From NCBI GenBank assembly GCA_964577555.1, contig CAZNZM010000004.1, forward strand, positions 87,671 through 119,670: a stretch of 32,000 nt of DNA, written 5' to 3'. A program made the position numbers and the translations under genes. Each line of letters opens with the position of its first letter. The stretch's first letter is position 1. Origin of the DNA: an uncultured archaeon. GTDB taxonomy: Archaea > Iainarchaeota > Iainarchaeia > Iainarchaeales > Iainarchaeaceae. Below the pieces are notes generated by a model, which saw only the letters and a program-made list of their open reading frames with translations, was not told where the DNA came from and searched no databases. Shown piece after piece: positions 31,681 through 32,000 of this stretch.

Positions 31681-32000
31681 ACCACCACCAAAAAAAACAA
31701 AAAAGAAAAAAAAATAAAAAAACACAAACAAAAAACGAATTATAAAAAAAACGGCTAGCTAAAAAAAAATTATGACACAACAAAAATAAGCATACTAAAA
31801 AACAAGTTTACAAAAAAAATTTTAATGACAAAACAAAAGACAAAAAAAAACAAAAATCGCCAAAAAAATCAGCTCACAAAAAAAAACAACTTTGACAAAA
31901 AAAATGCCAAAAAAAACAAAAATAACAAAAAAAATCACCCCACAAAAAAAAACGGCTCGCCAAAAAAAAACAAACAAAAAAAACGACTTGCAAAAAAATG
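31681..32000 (+). repeat. A-tract modular repeat locus G (runs off the window edge)
   Basis: Cores 'cggctagc' 31752-31759, 'tcagctcac' 31869-31877, 'ctttgacaaaaaaaatgcc', 'cggctcgcc' 31953-31961 and 'cgacttgc' 31984-31991, all between A7-A9 runs. Confidence 0.75.

Overview
This is an AT-rich archaeal chromosomal window. Gene content and compact operons fit a small-genome, DPANN-like archaeon, but that lineage call is inference. It is almost entirely core housekeeping: 33 of 40 protein genes and all 3 tRNAs are on the + strand. In order, the genes are:
- a 5'-truncated HerA-like ATPase, an AlaX-type editing protein split by an in-frame TGA, Pth2, a circularly permuted GTPase, Hjc, a DUF167 protein and archaeal DnaG;
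- tRNA-Val, a transglutaminase-like surface protein, tRNA-Gly(GCC), Tmk, tRNA-Gly(UCC) and the RNase P Rpp21 subunit;
- the conserved archaeal cluster S19e, PDCD5-like, L39e, L31e, aIF6, LX, prefoldin alpha and FtsY;
- a short OB-fold SSB, a TRAM protein, SRP54, an A24 prepilin peptidase, a fused RibD and an epimerase;
- GGGP synthase, an MBL hydrolase, RPA and RadA;
- a glutaredoxin-like/TrxB/CoA-binding cluster, Pus10 and two tandem membrane-anchored DsbA-like proteins.

I saw no CRISPR, cas, transposase, integrase or recognisable defence genes.

The unusual content is non-coding. At least eight spacers at operon boundaries (about 190-640 bp) consist of long A-tracts punctuated by short GC-containing cores (GGCTCAC, GGCTCGCC, GGCTAGCC, TGACTTGC, CTTGACAAGC, TTGACA). 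These cores form shuffled modules that recur between loci. One 96-bp stretch is about 96% identical at 5488-5583 and 23137-23233. Every copy I found has the same orientation. I cannot assign these repeats to a described class; their function is unknown, and they are the best candidate for something new here.

Other points worth a second look: the AlaX TGA sits at a position I recall as a conserved Trp codon; A>T and C>G skew on the + strand persists in non-coding DNA; a 40-codon ORF lies downstream of hjc; the S19e operon and the TRAM gene have structured 5' leaders; and several ribosomal proteins carry K/E-rich tails. All coordinates and alignments were done by eye, with no searches run.
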